From Bacteroidales bacterium (GTDB lineage: Bacteria > Bacteroidota > Bacteroidia > Bacteroidales > F082), in NCBI GenBank assembly GCA_028696715.1, contig JAQVGO010000003.1:10785-74784 (forward strand): a stretch of 64,000 bases of DNA, read 5' to 3'. Shown piece by piece: positions 32,591 through 41,608 of the stretch (positions within the stretch are counted from its first letter, which is position 1; each line of letters starts with the position of its first letter). The notes under the pieces were generated by a model. It saw nothing but the letters and a program-made list of their open reading frames with translations, made no database searches and had not been told where the DNA came from. A program made the position numbers and the translations under genes.

Positions 32591-32847
32591 TTCTTAAAAT
32601 CCTTTGAGTTGTGCGATCTTATTAGTTAAATCCCTATAAAACAAGCAGCTTTGTTTGTTTTCATCTACTTGAAAAGGGTTTGCAATATACAATCAAAATT
32701 CGATGATTGGACTGGCATTTTTTCAACGGTTGGTTGTTGATAAGTCAGCTACCCTAACAACAGCAAGCCATTTTACAAATTATTCACGGATTGTTAATTA
32801 TTTTCTTTTGAAAAATGAAAAGTTTGGCATAGTATCCTTCAAAAAAG

Positions 32848-33222
32848 CTATTTGCCCCATAACATCTTCACTGCTATGGCAAGTAGCACGATTGCAAATA
32901 TCTTTCGAAGGGTATCGAGTGGGATTGCGAGTGCAAACTTCGATCCCAAATATCCACCAATAAAAAATGCTCCTGCAATGATTAAGGCATACTGCAAATT
33001 GAGTGCACCTGCCTTATAGTAATTGTAAGCAGCCAGCAGGCCGATGGGAGGCAACATAATGGCCAAACTCGTACCCTGGGCAGCATATTGATCCATATGC
33101 AGGATGAAGATTAAGGCCGGAATTATGATCAGTGCACCGCCAATGCCGATAAGCCCGCTAAAAACACCAGCCACCAAACCTATCAGAATGAGAATAATAA
33201 CTGTTGAAGCTGTCATTTGCAT
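32848..33222 (-). CDS. TauE/SafE-family membrane protein, half-size (4 TM)
   Basis: 124 aa with four hydrophobic helices. GLVAGVFSGLIGIGGALIIIPAL is the typical TauE/SafE N-terminal motif. Confidence 0.75.
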   Translation of the reverse strand: MQMTASTVIILILIGLVAGVFSGLIGIGGALIIIPALIFILHMDQYAAQGTSLAIMLPPIGLLAAYNYYKAGALNLQYALIIAGAFFIGGYLGSKFALAIPLDTLRKIFAIVLLAIAVKMLWGK

Positions 33223-33226
33223 AAGT

Positions 33227-36200
33227 TTAAAAGTCCAGACTTAAAGAAAGATAAAATACCGGTTTGTTGATTACCAGATCTTCCACGCCCCAGGCAACAT
33301 CTGCCCTGAGAAAATAACCCAACAAAGAGGTTCGCGCACCAAAACCCATCCCACCCACGATAGGGTCTTTTTGAATTTCGACCGAAATATTAAAAGGATA
33401 ATTTTCGATATAAGAGGTATAAAGTGAATTGGAAGGGTTATAAGGATCAAGGCCTGTCCATGCTGTTCCGATATCACCAAAGGCAATCAGTTGGAAATTC
33501 CGCACAAAATCAGAGCTGATCGGGTTTTGAAAGAGGTAGCTAAAGACAGGAAAACGGAATTCTGAATTGATCACTACAAAGCTGTTACCGTTTCTGATGT
33601 TCTGATTGAAGCCACGCATATTAGTAGCCAGGGTTTGATATACATAGTTTTGATCATAGTCAATTGGCGTTTCTCTGTTAAAGCTGGGGATCAGCCAGTT
33701 ATCAACTCCACCCATATAATAAATGAGTTTGTCGGTGCCGAAAGAGGTACTTCCTGCCATGCGATTGGCCCAGATAAAATTACGATGCAGTCGCAGATAG
33801 TGCCGCCAGTCAAATCCCAACACAACAAAATTACTTGCATTGCCATCAATCAGTTGAAGGTATTCTGCAAAAAGCTTTCCACGCATTCCGGTATGCAAAT
33901 TCACTCCTATCTGCTTGCTGTTGTCATACACAAGTTCGGTGCGCAAACCGCCCCAGTTTTGATATTCAGTGGCCCTGGTCAAATTTGCCTGATCAGTAGC
34001 TAAATATACCTTTTGGTCATTTCTGTATATCGCAGTACCTCTTACACTTAGCACTTCACTAAATGGCCAGCTAAGCATATAAAAAGCTTCGTGCGTAAAA
34101 GTACGGCTGATAAATCTGGATTGAAAATCTTCTATCCCCTGTCGATGCAGGATGATGTGCTTATCAAGTCGTTTTTTTAAATTACTAAAACTGGCAGCAT
34201 ATTCGTTATTCACCAGGCTGGTGTTGAGTCTCACACCTCCGCTCAAACGATAATCCTCAAGCAAATCGGTGAGATTTACACCAAGAAAAACATTAAAGCC
34301 AGGATTGAGGTAGATGGGGGAGCCGCCACCCGAAAAAGGCTGATAGCTGTAGTTGATATAGGTGAAATCAACCTGGGTAACGAGTTCGTCATAATAATAT
34401 TCTACATAATAATTTCGTCTTTTTGGTGTGGGAGGTTCATCTGCCGCTTCAGAGCGCGTCATCAAACTTACATCACGCAAATCTGTTCGTCTGTTTCCTG
34501 CTATTCCAAATGCTCCCTGGCGTGCTGGTAATGCCTGCTGCTTAAGGGTGTCAGATGGTAATAACTGTCTGTACAACATTCTGAAACGTTTTGTGCTGAC
34601 CTGACTGGAATCGCTTTTTGCTTCTTCCTCTTGTTGTAGCTTTTGTTCCCGTTGTCGAGCAAATCCTGTTATAAATTCAGGCTCAGTTTCGGTCTTGAGT
34701 TCATGATCCTGCACACTAAAAAATTTACTTGTCTGTTCATCGGGAAGCTGAATGATCGTTTTGCCAGTAATTGGATTATAGCTGTAATCGTAAATGCTTC
34801 TGGTATAATTTGTTAGCTGCTTCTGATGTGTAAAATACCGGTAGTGTATGGTTGTATCTACAAAATTGATCGCACTGTCGAAGTGTGCTTCAAAAAGATT
34901 GTACACTCCATTGCGATCGCTCAGAAAACGAAATCGACCATTACCGGCATTTTGTGGCAAAACTTCATGGGCAAGTTGTTGTCCGCTTACCGGAAGCAAT
35001 ACCTGTTTTCGCTGGCTGTAATCATAGGCAAAAAGCCTGAGCTGACTACCATCGACAGGTTCAGGTTTTTCCTGAAGCTTAAGGGTATCTGAGTTGCGGT
35101 TGGAACTGAAAATAATCCTTCGGTCGCCATCGACAAAAACCGGGTTCAAATCAGTAAAATAATCAAAAGTGAGCTGATCAAAGGTGTTGGAAGGGATATC
35201 GTAAACATAAATATCGGGTTTGCCCTGTCGTACGGCCGACATGGCTATTTTAGATCCATTTTGTGCATAATCAATAGCAGTAATCTTCTGAACCGTTATC
35301 ATGTTTCGTGAGTCCACCGTATGGTCATCCAGGTTGTAAAAATGCAGCAAGATCTTCCCCTTGGATTCGGTAACAAATGCCAGCAAAGTCCCCAGCGGAT
35401 GCCAGCTCATCACCGGATAACTGTCGTCAGGCATTTCATCCGAGCGATATCCGGTTTGAAAAAGTTTGCGTTTTTTGCCAGTTTGCTGATCCAATAACCA
35501 AAACCTGATTTTTCCTTCATCGCGTGTGATATAACTCAAATATCTGCCATCCGGACTTAAAGAAGGTTTCTCAAAACTGCGGTAAGTGCGGTATTTCAAC
35601 GGTATCTCCGTTGAAGGTAAATTTTGAGGCCGCTCACCATAAAATGCTTCATAATGGGCATACCAATTCCTGACAAGTTGTTTAAACTTCAGGCCGGTCA
35701 CATACAAAAATCCCTGTTGCACATTTCGGCTCATTTGCGTCATATGGGCTATGTCGGACAGAGCTGCCGAACCGTATGTCTCTGTAATATAACGCCAAAG
35801 CGAATTTCCGGCCACACGGGCATCTTCACCGCTCAGGCGGTTCAGCTTCTTGAATCGCCCCGAAACAATTCCTTCGCGCAATCTGTCGTCCATCAAACTG
35901 TTCCAATCCTCCGACACATAGGACAAAATGCCTTCCTTATACCAGTCGGGTAAATTAAAAATGGCCGTATTACGTATTTGTGCTCCAATACTCCCTCCAT
36001 ACATCAGCTGATTTAGCAGCATTTCTGCAATTCCTTTCCTGATTTGCTGCTCAAAATTTTGGTAATTCCCATCAAAATAAAGAATGACTTTTGTACCCAA
36101 AATACGTGTAATCCCGCCTGTATTGTACACTTGCTCAGACGCCAGGCCAATATTACTTTGCTTGAGGTCGCTTAAGCTGTTAAAAACAAGAAATTGAATT

Positions 36201-36508
36201 TTTTCCGTCAGATTGCTCTGAAGCTTTCTTTCGAGCAAAGGGATTTGTTGCCGGGCATATTCAGCAGTATAAAGTGCCAGTTCGTTGCCATTCAGATAAA
36301 AATAAGTATCAAAATCATCGTATCGGTAATAAGTCCAGATGGTGTTGTTCCATTGCACACGATTTTTTCCAAAGGTCATATTTGAGCCATTGTAAAACTG
36401 TCCATGCACTTCATTACCAGCCAAAAACAACATCAGCAGCACAAACAAAACCTTGAAAAAGATTTGCCTGCTTTGAACGAAAACAGCTATTGAATTGTTA
36501 ATCAACAT
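33227..36508 (-). CDS. Large outer-membrane protein: N-terminal peptidase-MA-like region, PD40 (TolB-type) beta-propeller repeats, C-terminal beta-barrel
   Basis: 1093 aa with a signal peptide. PD40-like repeats (SLSPDGRYLSYITRDEGKIRFWLLD, SWHPLGTLLAFVTESKGKILL, DYAQNGSKIAMSAVRQGKPDIYVYD, RRIIFSSNRN). About 400 aa of alternating-hydrophobic C-terminus ends in the terminal Phe typical of outer-membrane barrels. Confidence 0.6.
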   Translation of the reverse strand: MLINNSIAVFVQSRQIFFKVLFVLLMLFLAGNEVHGQFYNGSNMTFGKNRVQWNNTIWTYYRYDDFDTYFYLNGNELALYTAEYARQQIPLLERKLQSNLTEKIQFLVFNSLSDLKQSNIGLASEQVYNTGGITRILGTKVILYFDGNYQNFEQQIRKGIAEMLLNQLMYGGSIGAQIRNTAIFNLPDWYKEGILSYVSEDWNSLMDDRLREGIVSGRFKKLNRLSGEDARVAGNSLWRYITETYGSAALSDIAHMTQMSRNVQQGFLYVTGLKFKQLVRNWYAHYEAFYGERPQNLPSTEIPLKYRTYRSFEKPSLSPDGRYLSYITRDEGKIRFWLLDQQTGKKRKLFQTGYRSDEMPDDSYPVMSWHPLGTLLAFVTESKGKILLHFYNLDDHTVDSRNMITVQKITAIDYAQNGSKIAMSAVRQGKPDIYVYDIPSNTFDQLTFDYFTDLNPVFVDGDRRIIFSSNRNSDTLKLQEKPEPVDGSQLRLFAYDYSQRKQVLLPVSGQQLAHEVLPQNAGNGRFRFLSDRNGVYNLFEAHFDSAINFVDTTIHYRYFTHQKQLTNYTRSIYDYSYNPITGKTIIQLPDEQTSKFFSVQDHELKTETEPEFITGFARQREQKLQQEEEAKSDSSQVSTKRFRMLYRQLLPSDTLKQQALPARQGAFGIAGNRRTDLRDVSLMTRSEAADEPPTPKRRNYYVEYYYDELVTQVDFTYINYSYQPFSGGGSPIYLNPGFNVFLGVNLTDLLEDYRLSGGVRLNTSLVNNEYAASFSNLKKRLDKHIILHRQGIEDFQSRFISRTFTHEAFYMLSWPFSEVLSVRGTAIYRNDQKVYLATDQANLTRATEYQNWGGLRTELVYDNSKQIGVNLHTGMRGKLFAEYLQLIDGNASNFVVLGFDWRHYLRLHRNFIWANRMAGSTSFGTDKLIYYMGGVDNWLIPSFNRETPIDYDQNYVYQTLATNMRGFNQNIRNGNSFVVINSEFRFPVFSYLFQNPISSDFVRNFQLIAFGDIGTAWTGLDPYNPSNSLYTSYIENYPFNISVEIQKDPIVGGMGFGARTSLLGYFLRADVAWGVEDLVINKPVFYLSLSLDF

Positions 36509-36586
36509 AAACCATGATTCAGCTTCTGTGGTGCTAAAGTACTATTTTTTTAACTGAACAAAAGTCTTCATTAAAGGTGTAAAGTC

Positions 36587-36594
36587 TATATTTG
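36587..36594 (+). promoter_or_regulatory. Bacteroidota-type -7 box (TATATTTG)
   Basis: Exact TAnnTTTG 35 nt upstream of the ATG at 36629. Confidence 0.45.
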
Positions 36595-36628
36595 TTCACG
36601 TTTGGAAGATTAATTCAAAGACATTTTT

Positions 36629-37273
36629 ATGCTTCAAATTAAAAGATTTGTTTTCAATCCTTTTCAGGTGAATACCTATGTGGTTTATGATGACACAAAA
36701 AACTGTGTGATAATTGATGCTGCCTGCGCTGAAGCTGCTGAAGAAGCAATACTCAGTAATTTTATAGCCGAAAATCAGCTTCGGCCGGTTCATATTTTGA
36801 ATACACACAATCATATTGATCACATCCTGGGCAACGGTTTTGTTTCAGAAAAATATCAACTGCCGGTCACTGCACATGCCGAGGGCGAACGCTATCTGAG
36901 CAATGCTTATGCTCATGCAGAATCGTTTGGCATGATGCTGAAAAAACTCGTCGTACCCACTATTAAAATTGAAGACGGCGATTGGATTTCGTTCGGCAAC
37001 AGTCGCTTGAAAGTTCTGTTTGCGCCCGGCCATGCCGATGGAAGTGTTTGCTTTTATGATGACCAAACACCGATGGTAATTGCGGGTGATGTATTGTTCA
37101 ATCAAAGTATTGGCCGCACCGATTTGCCTGGTGGCGATTATGACTTACTGAAAGAAAGTATCTGGGGAAAGCTTTTTGTGCTGCCCGACGATACAATCGT
37201 GTATCCCGGACACGGGCCGGAAACCAGCATCGGAAGCGAAAAAGTTAACAACCCTTTTGTGGCAATTGGCTAA
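36629..37273 (+). CDS. MBL-fold metallo-hydrolase (glyoxalase II-like)
   Basis: 214 aa with the HxHxDH motif (NTHNHIDHILG) and downstream His/Asp ligands (APGHADG, GRTD, PGHG). Confidence 0.88.
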   Translation: MLQIKRFVFNPFQVNTYVVYDDTKNCVIIDAACAEAAEEAILSNFIAENQLRPVHILNTHNHIDHILGNGFVSEKYQLPVTAHAEGERYLSNAYAHAESFGMMLKKLVVPTIKIEDGDWISFGNSRLKVLFAPGHADGSVCFYDDQTPMVIAGDVLFNQSIGRTDLPGGDYDLLKESIWGKLFVLPDDTIVYPGHGPETSIGSEKVNNPFVAIG

Positions 37274-38249
37274 GTGACATAAGGCTTTCAGCAATTTTTT
37301 TCTCGTCCAGATCGAGCATACATTTGAAATGCTTTTTGGGGCAACGATCAAATCCAATTTTGCTGCAAGGCCGACACGATAAATCTTTATTTTCGATTAT
37401 GCTCACACGTTCCGGAAACTGAGGAATATAAGGATACATCCCAAATTGTGGAACCGTATTACCCCACACCGAAACAACCGGTTTGTTAAAAGCAGCGGCA
37501 ATATGCATCAGTCCGGTGTCGTTGGTTAGCACAGCAACGGAATCTTTGATTATCTGAGCCGACTGACTCAGACTAAGCTTACCACAGGCATTCCAAACCT
37601 TGGATCCCAAAACAGAAACAACTTCATTGCCGCGCAACTGATCTTCCTTTCCGCCCAATAAAACTGCTGGTTTTGGTAATTGCTTAATCACCTCAATAAG
37701 CTTGGTAACAGGTAAAATCTTTGTGTTGTGATTGCCACCAATGACAACCCCAAAGTATCCCTGCGAACAAAAATCAGGCAGCTCAGGCATTTGCTCAATC
37801 TCATGAGGCGACACAAAAAAGTCGAGCCCCAAATTATCATTTACAACACCCAAAGGCTTCACAGCTTCAAAATAACGATCCACAATATGCAGCCTGGGCA
37901 TGTGATCAATCTTGAAACGGACAAGCAGGTATTTTTTCTGGTTGAGCTTAGGGAAAGAATAGGATTTCACTCCCAGTGCCAGACGCAATTTGTAGGATCG
38001 AAAGTTTTTGTGTAAGTCCAGAATCAGATCATATTTTTCTGCTTTAAGCAACTCAAGGATTTCATGCGGCGACTTTTCAACACCAAAAACCTTGTCGATA
38101 TGTGGGTTGAGCTCGTAGATTGATTGATACGATTTTCGTGTAATAGCGTGTAACTCAACAGACTTTAGTTGTGTTTTAACAGCACGAACAACCGGACTCG
38201 TCAATACGATATCGCCAATAGAGCTAAGCCTGATAAGCAGTATTTTCAT
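37245..38249 (-). CDS. Glycosyltransferase family 9 (LPS heptosyltransferase-like)
   Basis: MKILLIRLSSIGDIVLTSPVVRAVK is a typical GT9 N-terminus, and TNDTGLMHIAAA is typical of the C-terminal half. ATG at 38249 is preferred because the -7 box at 38277-38284 overlaps the TTG at 38279 used by the ORF track. Confidence 0.88.
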   Translation of the reverse strand: MKILLIRLSSIGDIVLTSPVVRAVKTQLKSVELHAITRKSYQSIYELNPHIDKVFGVEKSPHEILELLKAEKYDLILDLHKNFRSYKLRLALGVKSYSFPKLNQKKYLLVRFKIDHMPRLHIVDRYFEAVKPLGVVNDNLGLDFFVSPHEIEQMPELPDFCSQGYFGVVIGGNHNTKILPVTKLIEVIKQLPKPAVLLGGKEDQLRGNEVVSVLGSKVWNACGKLSLSQSAQIIKDSVAVLTNDTGLMHIAAAFNKPVVSVWGNTVPQFGMYPYIPQFPERVSIIENKDLSCRPCSKIGFDRCPKKHFKCMLDLDEKKIAESLMSLSQLPQKGC

Positions 38250-38276
38250 TTTTTTTTTACCTGAGCTTACAAGCAA

Positions 38277-38284
38277 CAAAAATA
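38277..38284 (-). promoter_or_regulatory. Bacteroidota-type -7 box for the GT9 gene
   Basis: caaaaata is the reverse complement of TATTTTTG, 28 nt upstream of the ATG at 38249. Confidence 0.45.
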
Positions 38285-38455
38285 CTTGGATTACTACTAC
38301 CCAACAAGTTTAAATGTTTCTGCCGGGCTAATTGATTCATTTGCAATAGTTTTCACATAAATATCCTTTGAACTAAAACCTATTATATGGCATTAAAACA
38401 GCATTAATTCAAGATCAATTTGAGTAATCAAAAAAAAATACCAATGAAACTTGGC

Positions 38456-38463
38456 TATTTTTG
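38456..38463 (+). promoter_or_regulatory. Bacteroidota-type -7 box (TATTTTTG) for lnt
   Basis: Exact TAnnTTTG 39 nt upstream of the ATG at 38502. Confidence 0.45.
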
Positions 38464-38501
38464 CAACACAATACTTTAGAAGATAACTCATCGGCTTAAT
38501 T

Positions 38502-40118
38502 ATGAACACCCTTCAACGATATGCTTTAGCAGTTTTAAGCGGTTTATTATTAAGTGCAGCCTGGCCTGTGAAAGGCGTGACTCCACTGATATTTTTCGCA
38601 TTCGTGCCTTTATTTTTCATTCAGCACGATTTGGGCAAACCCGAAAATAAAGGCAAAGGCGGTCAGTTATTTTTGCTGGCTCTTAGCAGTTTCTTCATCT
38701 GGAACAGCCTTACTACCTGGTGGATATGGAACTCAACGGCAATTGGCGGTATTGCAGCACTGGTGTTGAACAGTATTTTTATGGCTAGTGTTTTCTGGTT
38801 GTTTCATTTCACTAAAACACAGCTCTATCAAAACAAAAAAGGCCTGGCCATCCTGCTTTTCTACTGGCTGAGTTTTGAATACCTGCACATGCATTGGGAC
38901 CTTAACTGGCCCTGGTTGCATCTGGGACATGTTTTTTCGCCTATGCCTCATTGGATACAATGGTATGAGTTTACCGGTGTACCGGGAGGCACAGCCTGGG
39001 TTTTGATACTTAATATGCTGGCTTTTAAAAGCATACAACAGGCTTTGCAATGGAAGACCAAAGCCCGTTCGTTTGCCGTAAATTTCATCCTGCTTGTGAT
39101 AGTGTGGATGGCACCTGTAATGTTTGGCGAACATCTCTACCGAAATTATGAAGAAAACGGACATCAGGCTGAAATCATTGTTTTACAACCCAACTTTGAC
39201 CCTTATACCGAACAATACGATCTGCCTGCCTCAGAAATAATTGACCGCAATTTACAGCTGGCCAGCAGTTTGATGAACAGACCTGTAGATTTCATCCTTG
39301 GCCCCGAATCAGCAATTCAGGAAGACATCTGGCTGCCTGATCTGCAGCAATCACCAAGTTTAAAAACTTTACAACAATTCGTAGGACAACATCCCACAAC
39401 AGCCATGATAATCGGGGCAAGTACTTTTAGCCCGGTGGCCAAAGATCAAGAAAAGGACTTTGCCGCGCGAAAATTCCGTAATGAGGAAGGGTATTATTTC
39501 GCTCACAATACTGCCTTTTTCCTGGAAGATGGAAATACCCCACAATATTACCACAAAAGCCGCTTAACGCCTGGCGTTGAGATGATGCCAAGCTGGTTTT
39601 TTCTTCGTCCTTTACGTTCGCTGGCCATTGACCTGGGCGGTACAATTGGCACCTTGAAAACATCAGATCAGCGAACTGTTTTTGCCGGAAAAAATGAAAA
39701 TTTCAAAGTTGGTACGATGATTTGCTACGAATCGGTTTTTGGTGAATTTGTTGCAGGTTTTGTGCGCAATGGTGCCAATCTTTTGTTTATCATCACCAAC
39801 GACGGCTGGTGGGGAAACACCCCGGGACATCGTCAGCACATGGACTTTTCAATCATCCGGGCAATAGAAACCAGACGAAGCATTGCCCGTTCGGCCAACA
39901 CAGGCATCTCTGCCTTTATCGATCAGCGAGGTGACGTTTATCAGGCTACTCCCTACTGGGAACCAACAGCCATTCGGCAAAAACTAAACACCAACGAAAA
40001 ATTGACATTTTATGTAAAATACGGAGACTATCTGTCGCGAATTTCAGTTTTTATTATGGCTATTTTTCTGCTTACTGCCGTTGCCAAAAACAGGTTAAAC
40101 AAAGGAAAACTGTATTGA
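38502..40118 (+). CDS. lnt: Apolipoprotein N-acyltransferase
   Basis: 538 aa: multi-TM N-terminal half, C-terminal CN-hydrolase domain with the catalytic Cys context MICYESVF. Confidence 0.92.
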   Translation: MNTLQRYALAVLSGLLLSAAWPVKGVTPLIFFAFVPLFFIQHDLGKPENKGKGGQLFLLALSSFFIWNSLTTWWIWNSTAIGGIAALVLNSIFMASVFWLFHFTKTQLYQNKKGLAILLFYWLSFEYLHMHWDLNWPWLHLGHVFSPMPHWIQWYEFTGVPGGTAWVLILNMLAFKSIQQALQWKTKARSFAVNFILLVIVWMAPVMFGEHLYRNYEENGHQAEIIVLQPNFDPYTEQYDLPASEIIDRNLQLASSLMNRPVDFILGPESAIQEDIWLPDLQQSPSLKTLQQFVGQHPTTAMIIGASTFSPVAKDQEKDFAARKFRNEEGYYFAHNTAFFLEDGNTPQYYHKSRLTPGVEMMPSWFFLRPLRSLAIDLGGTIGTLKTSDQRTVFAGKNENFKVGTMICYESVFGEFVAGFVRNGANLLFIITNDGWWGNTPGHRQHMDFSIIRAIETRRSIARSANTGISAFIDQRGDVYQATPYWEPTAIRQKLNTNEKLTFYVKYGDYLSRISVFIMAIFLLTAVAKNRLNKGKLY

Positions 40119-40144
40119 ACAGCGACATAAAAAGTTATTTAAAG

Positions 40145-41116
40145 ATGCAGCCAACACTTAGTTTGGGACCTTTTCAGGGAATAACCGATCACATTTTCAG
40201 AAATCGTTTTGAAGAGTTCTTTGGAGGTATTGACAAATGCTATACGCCCTTTTTCACGGCTATTCACAAAGCCGATTCAAAAAATCTGCATGGTGCCGAA
40301 CTGGATCCAAAGATTAATGACACCTCCAGGCTGATTCCGCAAATTTTGAGCAATGATGCAGCAGAGATCATGCGGTTTGCTGATTTTTGTGCAAAACTTG
40401 GCTACGAAGAAATCAACCTGAATATGGGTTGTCCTTTTCAGCGAGTTGCCCGCAAAAAAAGAGGAAGCGGCATACTCCCCTATCCTGAACTTATTGATCA
40501 GATCTTAGCCTTTTACTTCGAAAATCCTCCTTTGAAGTTGAGCCTCAAATGCCGCCTGGGCTACCTGGAATCATACGAAATTGAAAATTTGATTCCTGTT
40601 TTCAATAAATTTCCATTGGCCGAAATAATCATACACGCCCGCACCGGAAAACAACTTTATAAAGGCACTGCCGACCAAGCTGCGTTTATTCAAATAAAAA
40701 ACCAATTCAGGGAGGTTCCGGCCTATAATGGCGACATTTTTAGGGTAAGTGAGTTTGATAACCTTAGGTTGCATATGCCAGATGTTGACCATTTTATGCT
40801 GGGAAGGGGCTTACTTGCCGATCCTTTTCTGGCTGCCGAAACAAAGGGAACACAGTTTATGGATAAAAAGTTCCACTTAGAGCACTTTCTAACTGCTGTT
40901 TTCAATGATAGGTTGCGCGAAACAAATTACTCGCTGGCAACGCTTGGCCGGATGAAAGAGCTCTGGAGTTATCTTAGATGGTCGTTCGATGATCCGGTTA
41001 ATATCTGGCGACTGATTAAAAAAACTAATTCTATTGAATCCTATGAAGCAGCAATCAAGAGTATTTTTTTAGAATATGAATGGAAAGGATCAGGGTTTTC
41101 TAATTCTCGAATCTAA
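40145..41116 (+). CDS. tRNA-dihydrouridine synthase family protein
   Basis: LGPFQGITDHIFR near the N-terminus and INLNMGCP (catalytic Cys). ATG at 40145 is preferred to the TTG at 40115 that overlaps the lnt stop. Confidence 0.85.
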   Translation: MQPTLSLGPFQGITDHIFRNRFEEFFGGIDKCYTPFFTAIHKADSKNLHGAELDPKINDTSRLIPQILSNDAAEIMRFADFCAKLGYEEINLNMGCPFQRVARKKRGSGILPYPELIDQILAFYFENPPLKLSLKCRLGYLESYEIENLIPVFNKFPLAEIIIHARTGKQLYKGTADQAAFIQIKNQFREVPAYNGDIFRVSEFDNLRLHMPDVDHFMLGRGLLADPFLAAETKGTQFMDKKFHLEHFLTAVFNDRLRETNYSLATLGRMKELWSYLRWSFDDPVNIWRLIKKTNSIESYEAAIKSIFLEYEWKGSGFSNSRI

Positions 41117-41144
41117 AGCTGATATCCATTACTAAATAAAGTAG

Positions 41145-41300
41145 TGTCTGTCCATAATGTCCGGTATCTGTGTTGCTAAAAAAATTATAAATCCTCGAAT
41201 ACTTTAGTGTCCTGCGGGTTTTTTTTATGTGCCCTGTCTGACGGCCAGGCAGGCTAAATCCCGACCACTACGAATCAGCCACCGGACATTATAGACAGGC
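41145..41300. other. Nested rod-like structured element (candidate sRNA or MITE), unclassified
   Basis: Closing helix 41146-41165 / 41281-41300 (18 WC, 1 GU, 1 mismatch). Inner helices 41205-41209/41266-41270 and 41215-41218/41260-41263. Apical 8-bp hairpin 41233-41240/41246-41253. No ORF, and strand undetermined. Confidence 0.4.
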
Positions 41301-41556
41301 TCTAAGTAAATGATTTTTGTCTTTTCATTACATTCTTAAGTATTGAATTTTTATGCTTGAAGCTTTAGCTATAACTATCCAAACTAAAAAACACTTTGTT
41401 TATTGAAAAATAGTTAATTAATGCTTTGCAATTAAATTAATATTTATATTTTTGTATCATAAAAATAATATTCCCAATATTAGGGACTCAATGATAACAA
41501 ACAATTCTATTAGCTGGATATTGACATCTTGTTTATAATTCAGTAATTTAGAACGC

Positions 41557-41564
41557 TAAATTTG
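41557..41564 (+). promoter_or_regulatory. Bacteroidota-type -7 box (TAAATTTG)
   Basis: Exact TAnnTTTG 45 nt upstream of the ATG at 41609. Confidence 0.4.
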
Positions 41565-41608
41565 CAGATGATTATGAATTGATTTTTTTCCAAATAAACA
41601 AAACACTT

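Noticed and set aside
32680-32696. AT-rich pseudo-palindrome (gcaatatacaatc) upstream of nrdJ. Checked as a possible NrdR box, and the whole 32591-32847 leader was checked for a cobalamin riboswitch.
   Set aside because: The half-sites do not form a true 16-bp palindrome. No B12-box-like core (gccactg) or riboswitch-like helices are present.
37245-37273. 29-bp overlap of the convergent 3' ends of the MBL hydrolase and GT9 genes. Likewise only 13 nt separate the zinc-module gene from tyrS, with no terminator.
   Set aside because: Convergent overlaps of this size are common in compact genomes. No hairpin or small-RNA signature was visible.
38249-38258. Ten-T run (A9 followed by the ATG on the minus strand) at the start of the GT9 glycosyltransferase gene. 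Considered as a possible slipped-strand phase-variation tract.
   Set aside because: With the preferred ATG at 38249, the tract lies in the 5' UTR, downstream of the -7 box. A-rich leaders are normal for Bacteroidota translation initiation, and a length change would not shift the reading frame.
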